Below are positions 56,793 through 64,000 of a stretch of 64,000 nt of DNA, piece after piece. Every line of letters starts with the position of its first letter. The first letter of the stretch is position 1. The DNA comes from Porphyromonadaceae bacterium UBA7332 (GTDB lineage Bacteria > Bacteroidota > Bacteroidia > Bacteroidales > UBA7332), in NCBI GenBank assembly GCA_002471225.1, contig DKPO01000017.1, positions 21,216-85,215 on the forward strand, written 5' to 3'. The translations under genes were made by a program, and so were the position numbers. Under the pieces are notes generated by a model that saw only the letters and a program-made list of their open reading frames with translations, searched no databases and was not told the origin of the DNA.

Positions 56793-59591
56793 ATGCTTAT
56801 GAAAAACGTTATTCAATTTTTAGGGTTATCCATTTGTATGCTTCTGTTTTCTTGTCAGACAGAAGAAGTGAAAGAGTCTTCAAAGTTTGTAATTAATGAA
56901 CAGTATCATTCGTTTGATTTTACGAAAGATAAATCAAACAGTATTATTAAAATCGAAACAAATATTGAGTCATCCGAATGGAATGTGCAGTCGGATAAAG
57001 AATGGTGTCTGGTGTCGAAATCAGGAAGTAATCAAATACAACTGCTTGTATTGGAAAATCAGGAACGAGATGTCAGAGAAGCTGTTGTGTCAGTCAAATC
57101 ATCAGTAGAGAATTATGACATTAAAGTAAAACAGTTAGGTTATGGACCGGCTATTTTATTAAGTAAATCAGAATTTAGTTTGCCGAACAATGAGCAGGAA
57201 ATAACGATAACGGTTACGTCTAATATCGAATATGAAATAAAGATTAATGAATCAAATCAATGGATTTCTCCTATTATTGCTTCAACAAAGGCTTTAGTTG
57301 ATAGAGATTATCAGTTTGCAATAAGCGCAAATGATAAATACATAGATCGCAAGGATTCGATTATCGTTTATGAGAAAGGAAATCCTGATATTAAGGCCGT
57401 TTGTCTGGTTTCTCAGAAATCAAAAGACGGAGATATGGATGATATTATTCTGGAAGGAGATATCAGTATTGTCCCGACCGGAGGAAAAGCAAGTGAAAAT
57501 CAACCAGGACAAGGTATAGAGAAATGTTATGATGGGATAATGGGACAGAATAATGGGTTCTATCATTCTGTATGGAGTCAGTCTGCTAAATTCCCTGTCG
57601 TGTTAGAGTTTGATTTTGAAGGTAAGGAATCCATCGACTATCTGGTATATCATACAAGGTCAGGAAACGGAAATTTCGGAGGAGTTAAAATTTATACTCA
57701 GACAGCAGCTAATCCTGAATATTCATTGCAAGGCGAGTATAATTTCAGAATGCAAAATGCAGCAAGCCGGGTAGATTTCGCAGAGCCTGTTCAGGCGACA
57801 AAAATTAAATTTGAAGTTCTTAGCGGAGCCGGAAACTTTGTTAGTTGTGATGAAATGCAATTCTTTAAGAAAAATACAGACAAAAGTCTGGATGCAATTC
57901 TTTTGACTGTATTTACAGATTTATCTTGTAGTGAATTGAAAACAGGGGTGACAGATGAACAGATTCATCAGTTACCAAGTTATTTCGCAAGCGTAGCATC
58001 ACGTATAAAACAAAATGTCTATGATCGGGAGTTTAGGATAACAGATTATAAACCCTATAGTAATAATGAAATATGGGCTGAAAATTTAATGACTAAGCGT
58101 TACACATCATTAGATAATCCTACAGGTATTACAGCAAAGGCCGGAGACTCTCTCTTCGTATTAGTCGGGGAAACTCATGGTAACAGACTAACTCTTCAAT
58201 GTGTTCCTGGTGTTGATGCAAGTGGAGACTCATACTTTCTGGAAGAAGGTGTGAATAAAATTGGTATTCGTCGCGAGGGTATGTTGTTTTTAATTTATCA
58301 AACTGATCTGAAATCAGCGAATGCAAAACCAATACGTGTTCATATTCCTGAAGGAAGCGGTAATGTCGATGGATATTTTGATTTAGAGACTCACCAAACG
58401 AATGAAAAGTACTCTGATATCTTAAAGAAATCGACTTATAAGTATTTCTGTGTTAAAGGAGAACGTATTATGTTCTATTTCCATCGTACAAAAATGCTGG
58501 AAATCGTACCTAATGAAATATTGCCATCGATAAACCTTTGGGATAATCTGATAAGATGGCAACAGGATCTTATGGGGATTGAAGATATCCGGCCTTCTCA
58601 GGTTAATAACCATATTATGGCAATTTCTCCTGAAGATGGATATATGTGGGCTTCAGATTACAGAATTGGATTTGTGTACACATATCTTCATAATATTCTG
58701 GTTCCGGATAATGTAATGGCTGCAAAAGATAATGTTTGGGGACCGGCACATGAAATCGGACATATTCACCAAAAAGCAATAAATTGGCCGGGTTCAACCG
58801 AGTCCAGTAATAATTTATTTTCAAATTATTCTCTGTATAAACTCGGGAAATATTGTTCGAGAGGAAGTGAATTGTCAGAATTGGCAATGGTAAGTTGTGT
58901 ACATAAAAAACCATGGTATGATTTTGGAGATGGTCATCAGGGAGAAAATACAGAGTTGCATATGAGAATGAACTGGCAGTTATGGAACTACTATCATCGA
59001 TGTGGTTTCAAACCGGACTTCTGGCCTACATTATTTAAACTTTTACGGGAAGATCGGATTAATGAAAGTGATCCGGGTGATGGTCAATTGAAGTTTGCAA
59101 GACTTGCTTCTCAGGCTGCAAATGCAGATTTAACAGAGTTTTTCGATATGTGGGGATTCTTTAGGCCGGTTGATACAACGATTGATCAGTATGGTAGTTT
59201 TAAATATACCGTAACGACAAGTATGATTAACGCTACGAAATCTTTTATGGCTCGTTTCCCAAAACCAAAACATGCATTCTATTATTTAGAAGATAGAAAG
59301 AATGGAGATGTAGGTATAGACGGATACAGAGTAGGTGACACAGGTTATTATACCTTGTTTAAAGAGGATAAGAAAATCACAAAAGAGATCACTTATACCC
59401 AATCCGGAAGAAATATATCGATACGTAATGGAGAGGAAGCTGTGGCTTTTGAAGTTAAGAGAGGCTCATCACTGGCATTCTTTTCAAATTTCTTTAGTTT
59501 TGAAGTTCCTGAAGGAATTGATATGAATGTTGTAAGTCTTTATGCTGTACAAGCAGATGGAACTAGGATTCTTATGAAAAAAGGCAATTGA
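56793..59591 (+). CDS. M60-like (enhancin-type) zinc metallopeptidase lipoprotein with BACON-like and F5/8 type C domains
   Basis: Lipobox LLFSC. Two BACON-like repeats (W.V.SD.EWC.V...), then a discoidin domain (CYDGI...FYHSVWS...LEFDF), then a catalytic region with HEXXH (GPAHEIGHIHQ) and a downstream TESSNN glutamate. Confidence 0.82.
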   Translation: MLMKNVIQFLGLSICMLLFSCQTEEVKESSKFVINEQYHSFDFTKDKSNSIIKIETNIESSEWNVQSDKEWCLVSKSGSNQIQLLVLENQERDVREAVVSVKSSVENYDIKVKQLGYGPAILLSKSEFSLPNNEQEITITVTSNIEYEIKINESNQWISPIIASTKALVDRDYQFAISANDKYIDRKDSIIVYEKGNPDIKAVCLVSQKSKDGDMDDIILEGDISIVPTGGKASENQPGQGIEKCYDGIMGQNNGFYHSVWSQSAKFPVVLEFDFEGKESIDYLVYHTRSGNGNFGGVKIYTQTAANPEYSLQGEYNFRMQNAASRVDFAEPVQATKIKFEVLSGAGNFVSCDEMQFFKKNTDKSLDAILLTVFTDLSCSELKTGVTDEQIHQLPSYFASVASRIKQNVYDREFRITDYKPYSNNEIWAENLMTKRYTSLDNPTGITAKAGDSLFVLVGETHGNRLTLQCVPGVDASGDSYFLEEGVNKIGIRREGMLFLIYQTDLKSANAKPIRVHIPEGSGNVDGYFDLETHQTNEKYSDILKKSTYKYFCVKGERIMFYFHRTKMLEIVPNEILPSINLWDNLIRWQQDLMGIEDIRPSQVNNHIMAISPEDGYMWASDYRIGFVYTYLHNILVPDNVMAAKDNVWGPAHEIGHIHQKAINWPGSTESSNNLFSNYSLYKLGKYCSRGSELSELAMVSCVHKKPWYDFGDGHQGENTELHMRMNWQLWNYYHRCGFKPDFWPTLFKLLREDRINESDPGDGQLKFARLASQAANADLTEFFDMWGFFRPVDTTIDQYGSFKYTVTTSMINATKSFMARFPKPKHAFYYLEDRKNGDVGIDGYRVGDTGYYTLFKEDKKITKEITYTQSGRNISIRNGEEAVAFEVKRGSSLAFFSNFFSFEVPEGIDMNVVSLYAVQADGTRILMKKGN

Positions 59592-59602
59592 TAATAAAAA
59601 AA

Positions 59603-59640
59603 GAAATGGTCAGGATTTAGTCCTGACCATTCTTATTTTA
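59603..59640. terminator. bidirectional hairpin between the convergent M60-like and VIT1 genes
   Basis: AATGGTCAGGA-tttag-TCCTGACCATT flanked by A and T runs. Confidence 0.75.
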
Positions 59641-59643
59641 TAG

Positions 59644-60333
59644 TTAGCTGATGTGATTACCAAAAATAAATCCTACAAGCGCTGTAATAATCATTGCAAC
59701 CGTCCCCCAAAAGCATATCCGGAATATAGCTTTTTGCACGGATGATCCACCCATATGTGCTGCTGTCGCTCCGGACATAGCTAAGAAAATAATTGCAAAG
59801 ATATATTGAAAAGTAAGCATTGAATTGAGCGGTGCAAATATGGCAACCAATAGAGGCAGTAGTGCACCACTTATAAAAGAAGCTGCCGATGCAATAGCTG
59901 CTTGCATAGGTTTAGGCTTGGTCATCATATTAATGCCCAACTCCTCTCTGGCATGTGCTTCTAATGCATCTCTTCGTGTCATCTCAATAGCCACCTTTTT
60001 TGCAAGCACAGGATCAAGCCCCTGATTTATATATATGCTTGTCAATTCAATTAATTCACCATCGGGATTATCAATTAATTCACCTTTTTCGCGTACCAGA
60101 TCGGCTTTTTCCACGTCACTTTGTGAACTAACCGAAACAAATTCTCCGGCTGCCATAGAACAAGCACCGGAAACTAATCCGGCGAGTGCAGCTAATACTA
60201 TAGCACTGCGCTCGGTATTTGCAGCAGCAACACCGATAACGAGGCTTGTCGTTGAAAGTATACCGTCATTTGCTCCTAAAACGGCAGCACGAAGCCAGTT
60301 TGCCCGATTGACATAATGTTTAACCATATTCAA
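59644..60333 (-). CDS. VIT1/CCC1 family iron/manganese transporter
   Basis: WLRAAVLGANDGILSTTSLVIGVAAA and AMAAGEFVSVSSQ motifs, a central soluble helix bundle and a C-terminal TM cluster; 229 aa. Confidence 0.85.
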   Translation of the reverse strand: MNMVKHYVNRANWLRAAVLGANDGILSTTSLVIGVAAANTERSAIVLAALAGLVSGACSMAAGEFVSVSSQSDVEKADLVREKGELIDNPDGELIELTSIYINQGLDPVLAKKVAIEMTRRDALEAHAREELGINMMTKPKPMQAAIASAASFISGALLPLLVAIFAPLNSMLTFQYIFAIIFLAMSGATAAHMGGSSVQKAIFRICFWGTVAMIITALVGFIFGNHIS

Positions 60334-60403
60334 ATAAACTCAGATCAGATATAACCTTAACAAATAAATTGAAATTAGGTTCTTCTGATACCGAACCGAT
60401 CGT

Positions 60404-60907
60404 TTATTTGGTTATAGGCTTTAAAATGCGTGTCATCATAAATGATTGTTTATGGAATATCAATACAGGGGATGAAACACCTACTACTAAGGCTATTAAT
60501 ATAAAAATAGCAGTCAAACCATTTTTGAAAGCATCTACCACTAACGAGACATAAAGATCCGGATCGTCACAGCGTATAAATTTAGCAAATGAAAGGAACA
60601 TTTTATACGCATACATTCCCGGAATCATAGGTAAAAGTGATGGAAAAGTAAATACTTCATTCGGACAATGGATAAGTTTTGCAAAAACAAAGCTTAAAAT
60701 GCCGATCAGCATTGCGGAGAAAAATGTAGCTGTAGCAATGTCAAGATCCGTAGCATGTAATAAATAATAGCGAAAGCCATGACCGATTGCTGCTAATACC
60801 CCGGATGCTATAATTGCTTTCTTTGGCGGATTTGATATTACAGCAAATCCGATTGCGGCAATAGCGGCAAAAAAACCGTCGATAAATATATTGATTAAAA
60901 ATTCCAT
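60404..60907 (-). CDS. threonine/serine exporter family protein, small subunit (ThrE_2-type)
   Basis: 167 aa and all-hydrophobic (5 TM). It starts 4 nt after the larger ThrE-type gene, the usual split arrangement. Confidence 0.75.
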   Translation of the reverse strand: MEFLINIFIDGFFAAIAAIGFAVISNPPKKAIIASGVLAAIGHGFRYYLLHATDLDIATATFFSAMLIGILSFVFAKLIHCPNEVFTFPSLLPMIPGMYAYKMFLSFAKFIRCDDPDLYVSLVVDAFKNGLTAIFILIALVVGVSSPVLIFHKQSFMMTRILKPITK

Positions 60908-60911
60908 TGTT

Positions 60912-61685
60912 CTATAATTTATTTATTCCTAAAATAGACATAGTGAAGAATAATCCGATTGAAATGCATATAATAAGTATAGTTGCATTGATCAAACGAG
61001 ACATCCCGGCAAGGACGAAACCTTCAAGAATATCCATGATTGAATTAATCAAAGGTACACCGGGAATAAGAAATAATACACTTGTAGCTAAAGCAATCTG
61101 AGGAGTATCACCTAAACTCCAGATAACTCCGGCTGCAGTGATAATAGATGAAATAAAAGCAGCAGAAATAAACACAATGAAATGATTGAAGTGATATTTC
61201 ATCATTTCCTGACGAGCAAAAAATGCAACAAGCGTTCCTATGAATACTAACAACATGGCTATCCAATCACCTCCGAATAACTTACAGAAAGAGGCGTTAG
61301 CACAAGCAACCAAAAATAAAACGACCCATCGGGATAATCGTGGAATAGACATTATTTCGTCGTATTTACTCCTAATAACACTTAGGGAGATAGGTTGATC
61401 ATAAGCTTCCCAGCTTAGTGCACTTAATTCGGAAATAATGTTGAAATTCAGAGCCATAGGTTTGATGCGTCTGATTCCGGTGAGTGTCTCTCCGGTAGAT
61501 TTCTCTTTAATCATCATTGAGATGTTTTTCTGAAAGATTGTTAGATGGGCTTCGTATCCCCCAGCCTCAGCTATTCGAACAACATTTCGTACAATACGTG
61601 CCGTGTGTGAACCGGCCCCCATTAGACTAATTGCATAATCCAATAAAAAATCGGACATTTCATGAATACTTTCTTTTCTTTCCAT
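60912..61685 (-). CDS. threonine/serine exporter family protein, large subunit (ThrE/DUF1212-type)
   Basis: The ATG at 61685 is preferred (MERKESIHEMSDFLLDYA..LM.AG..T.R). Soluble N-terminal half plus a 5-TM C-terminal half. Confidence 0.78.
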   Translation of the reverse strand: MERKESIHEMSDFLLDYAISLMGAGSHTARIVRNVVRIAEAGGYEAHLTIFQKNISMMIKEKSTGETLTGIRRIKPMALNFNIISELSALSWEAYDQPISLSVIRSKYDEIMSIPRLSRWVVLFLVACANASFCKLFGGDWIAMLLVFIGTLVAFFARQEMMKYHFNHFIVFISAAFISSIITAAGVIWSLGDTPQIALATSVLFLIPGVPLINSIMDILEGFVLAGMSRLINATILIICISIGLFFTMSILGINKL

Positions 61686-62036
61686 ATTGATGGACTCTAT
61701 TGTTTTTTGAGGGTGCAAATTTAGTTTTAAATTGAATTAATTGAGTTAAGGATCGATTTTTAGTTGTGCTTAAAATATCAGTAAAGTATTAATAATATTA
61801 AATACATGGACACCTAATGATATCTCGTTTTACATTTTTGATATTTTACAAAGGTCTTGTTGATTTGCATTCAGAGTGTTAGGTTATAAACTTGTTACCT
61901 GGAAGCTATTTTAGATCATACTCATCTTTTTTTCTATATTTTGTAATTAAATACAAGAAAATTATATTGCTTTTATATATTTATTTTATCTTTAGGGCTT
62001 TACGTGTTTTTATTAATAATTAATACTTTATCTAGT

Positions 62037-62972
62037 ATGGAAGAATTGAAAGAATATGATTTTAAAGGCGTTGTCCTTTCTGGTTTTCTAATGCTTTTCG
62101 TGTGTTTAGCCCTTTTGGCATTTGCGGTCTTTGCCTTTTTTCAAATAGATAGTTGGGGAGGATTTGCTCCGATTATTGGAGGGCTTAGCGTAATTCTATT
62201 CTTTATATTACTTATTGGATTTACGATGATAGAACCAAATGATCTTCGGGTCATGGTCTTTTTCGGTAAATATAGAGGGACATTGAAGAGTAATGGGTAT
62301 TTTTGGGTGAATCCGTTTTATACGAAAACCAAACTAACCTTTCGTGCACGCAATCTGGATATTCAGCCTATTAAAGTAAATGATAAAAATGGTAATCCAA
62401 TTATGATTGGATCTGTATTGGTTTGGCGTATTAAGGATTCATATAAGTGTATGTTTGATATTGATAGCTCTTCAATGACAACGAGTGTGCAAGGGCAACA
62501 ACAAACCAATCGGATGAAAGCGTATGAAGAGTTTGTTGCCATTCAATGTGATGCAGCGTTGCGTAGTCTTGCCGGACATTATCCGTATGATTTGCTTGAC
62601 AATCAAAAGCATGAGATCACTTTGCGGGATGGTGGAGAAGAGGTGAATGAAGAATTAGAAAGAGCGATCAATGAGCGTTTGGCTTTAGCCGGAATTGAAG
62701 TGGTTGAAGCCCGGATTAATTATCTGGCTTATGCTCCTGAAATTGCGGCTGTCATGTTACGTCGTCAACAAGCAGAGGCTATCATTGCAGCCCGTGAGAA
62801 AATTGTAGAAGGAGCTGTTTCTATGGTCGATATGGCTTTACATCAACTAAAAGAAAAGCAGGTTGTGGAATTGACTAACGAGCAAAAGGCTGCAATGGCA
62901 AGTAACCTTATGGTTGTTTTATGTTCAGATGAACCGGTTGCACCTATGGTCAATACAACAAGTGAAAAGTAG
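62037..62972 (+). CDS. SPFH/band-7 domain membrane protein
   Basis: ATG at 62037 (the track start at 62004 is GTG). Two N-terminal TM segments, then an SPFH core (V.P.....V..FG.Y.G.....G..W.NP) and a C-terminal A/E-rich coiled region (AAVMLRRQQAEAIIAAREKIVEGAV). Confidence 0.8.
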   Translation: MEELKEYDFKGVVLSGFLMLFVCLALLAFAVFAFFQIDSWGGFAPIIGGLSVILFFILLIGFTMIEPNDLRVMVFFGKYRGTLKSNGYFWVNPFYTKTKLTFRARNLDIQPIKVNDKNGNPIMIGSVLVWRIKDSYKCMFDIDSSSMTTSVQGQQQTNRMKAYEEFVAIQCDAALRSLAGHYPYDLLDNQKHEITLRDGGEEVNEELERAINERLALAGIEVVEARINYLAYAPEIAAVMLRRQQAEAIIAAREKIVEGAVSMVDMALHQLKEKQVVELTNEQKAAMASNLMVVLCSDEPVAPMVNTTSEK

Positions 62973-63075
62973 TTTTGTATTGATTGAGCATTGAAACGAA
63001 TTGAATGACAGTAAGGTATTAAATCTGTCAACCAATACCAGTATAAGTCAATTTATTTAGCTGTATTTTTAATTT

Positions 63076-63157
63076 GATACGTATTAAAATATTTTTTCAT
63101 AGGTAGTAAAATATATTTAGATACGTATTAAAAAATATTTTCGAAGGTATCTAAATC
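63076..63157. repeat. 82-bp AT-rich module (copy 2), homologous to 41601-41682
   Basis: Same length, with 61 of 82 positions identical in ungapped alignment. It contains TTTAGATAC (63117-25) pairing with GTATCTAAA (63147-55). Confidence 0.8.
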
Positions 63158-63324
63158 CCGGGAGATAAGACAGATTTTCATCGGAAGGCATTTCTTTAGC
63201 AGAACATAGGTTTGTTTTGCTATAGGAGTGCCTTTTATGGCTGCTAAACGCTCCAACCGTCAGACTGAATCTATCCAAAGATATACGGCATCTTTTGTAC
63301 ACAAAGAATATATTTGCGGGTTTT

Positions 63325-63479
63325 ATTTGCAACATTTGCAACAAATCTTCAGATGCCTTTGTGGATGCGCTTTTAGGAGTGTTGCAAATGGTTGCAAATG
63401 GTTGCAAATGAAATTATTTGCAATGTTGTATCTTGTTGATTAACAGTGATCTGTTCCTTGTGTTGCAAATGTTGCAAAT
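63325..63479. repeat. 155-bp cassette with eight copies of the 9-mer GTTGCAAAT; same geometry as 41876-42030
   Basis: ATTTGCAAC x2 (63325-42); a 38-bp spacer containing CCTTTGTGGAT (63356-66); GTTGCAAATG x3 (63381-410); inverted ATTTGCAAt (63416-24); GTTGCAAAT x2 (63462-79). Offsets of 0, 31, 56 and 137 match the first cassette. Confidence 0.9.
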
Positions 63480-63609
63480 AAAATGACTTTTTTATCTTGT
63501 GAAGCATATATTAGCGAATTCAGTTTTTGCCAACTAAGAGTTTAGATGTATAACCCGGAATTTGTCGAACTATATTATCTTTGCCTATCTAAAAGGAGAA
63601 AGTTTAACT

Positions 63610-64000
63610 ATGGGGAAAGCGCTAAAATATTACCTGGAGGATGATGAGTTTGGAAAGATTGTTCTAACTGTTAATTCACGAGCGAAGCGATTCATTTTTA
63701 AAATGAAAGAAGGTCAGCTGCATATGACTATTCCGGTGGGAGTATCTGAATCCGAAATCAAAAAAAGTATCAATAATACCCGTTTGGAATTAAGACCGTT
63801 CTTTGAGAGAGGCTCGATACAGAAGGAGAAACAATATCTTCATCCGGAAAGAAAGCTGAGAACCCGATCAACTGAAATACTTATCATAGAAGAGGTGCGC
63901 AAAGATTTTCTTTCTACCTATAAAGCTCCATATTACAAGATATGCTGTCCTGCAAACACAGATTTTAAATCAGAATCAGTTCAGCGGTTATTAAAAGATT
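63610..64000 (+). CDS. DUF45/YgjP-like (M48-related) metal-dependent hydrolase, partial; 3' end runs off the window
   Basis: Hand translation from the ATG at 63610 gives MGKALKYYLEDDEFGKIVLTVNSRAKRFIFKMKEGQLHMTIPVGVSESEIKKSI..., open to 64000. The V..S.RAKR......G.....P.......I pattern is typical of DUF45 N-termini. The catalytic HExxH would lie beyond the window. Confidence 0.55.
   Translation, partial: MGKALKYYLEDDEFGKIVLTVNSRAKRFIFKMKEGQLHMTIPVGVSESEIKKSINNTRLELRPFFERGSIQKEKQYLHPERKLRTRSTEILIIEEVRKDFLSTYKAPYYKICCPANTDFKSESVQRLLKD

Noticed and set aside
63117-63443. Two overlapping ORFs (96 aa on minus, 71 aa on plus) across the second repeat module
   Set aside because: Both are read straight through the tandem 9-mers (for example ...VANGCKWLQMK...). 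The homologous first module has no ORF at all, so the conservation is at the DNA or RNA level.
41420-63479. Single integrative element with attL/attR at the two modules
   Set aside because: No integrase, excisionase, mobilisation or transposase gene lies anywhere in the interval. The repeat words differ systematically between the two ends, which is not expected for the two ends of one element. It is kept only as a weaker boundary or hot-spot hypothesis.

Overview
This is a 64-kb chromosomal window from an AT-rich Bacteroidota genome that looks Bacteroidales-like. Supporting signs are a SusC/SusD pair, GldH-like and PSP1 genes, TAnnTTTG-type promoter boxes and the absence of Shine-Dalgarno sequences. 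All protein names come from motifs I read in the supplied translations; no database search was possible.

Positions 1-41.3 kb are mostly housekeeping genes:
- acpH, an LMW tyrosine phosphatase, dut, a TPR lipoprotein, an M23 peptidase, kdsA
- ExbB-ExbD-ExbD and TonB, tRNA-Ser(GGA), TatD, a polyprenyl synthase, DsbD
- a NahK-like kinase, GldH-like, PSP1, holB, metF, exported MsrBA, ParC, and MATE and SSF transporters

This part also holds a tight same-strand sulfation operon: cysQ, an SLC13 permease, cysC, cysD, cysN and a sulfotransferase. Its CysN carries a degenerate APS-kinase-like tail.

Positions 42.8-59.6 kb form a glycan-foraging island. It contains two paralogous beta-propeller-type lipoproteins, a GH109-like gene, a GH110-like gene, SusC, SusD, a discoidin-domain lipoprotein and an M60-like metalloprotease. 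VIT1, a split ThrE exporter, an SPFH protein and a partial DUF45-like gene follow.

The most unusual signal is non-coding. A 1.48-kb ORF-free gap (41291-42771) is packed with four repeat modules, and a homologous module lies at 63075-63479. Both share a 155-bp cassette with identical geometry. In it, eight copies of a 9-mer are GTTGCAGAT at the first locus and GTTGCAAAT at the second, so all eight carry the same G-to-A change (one copy at the second locus also has a degenerate end). The two loci lie in direct orientation and bracket the roughly 21-kb accessory segment. No integrase, transposase, Rep or Par gene is visible in the window, so the function of these modules is open.
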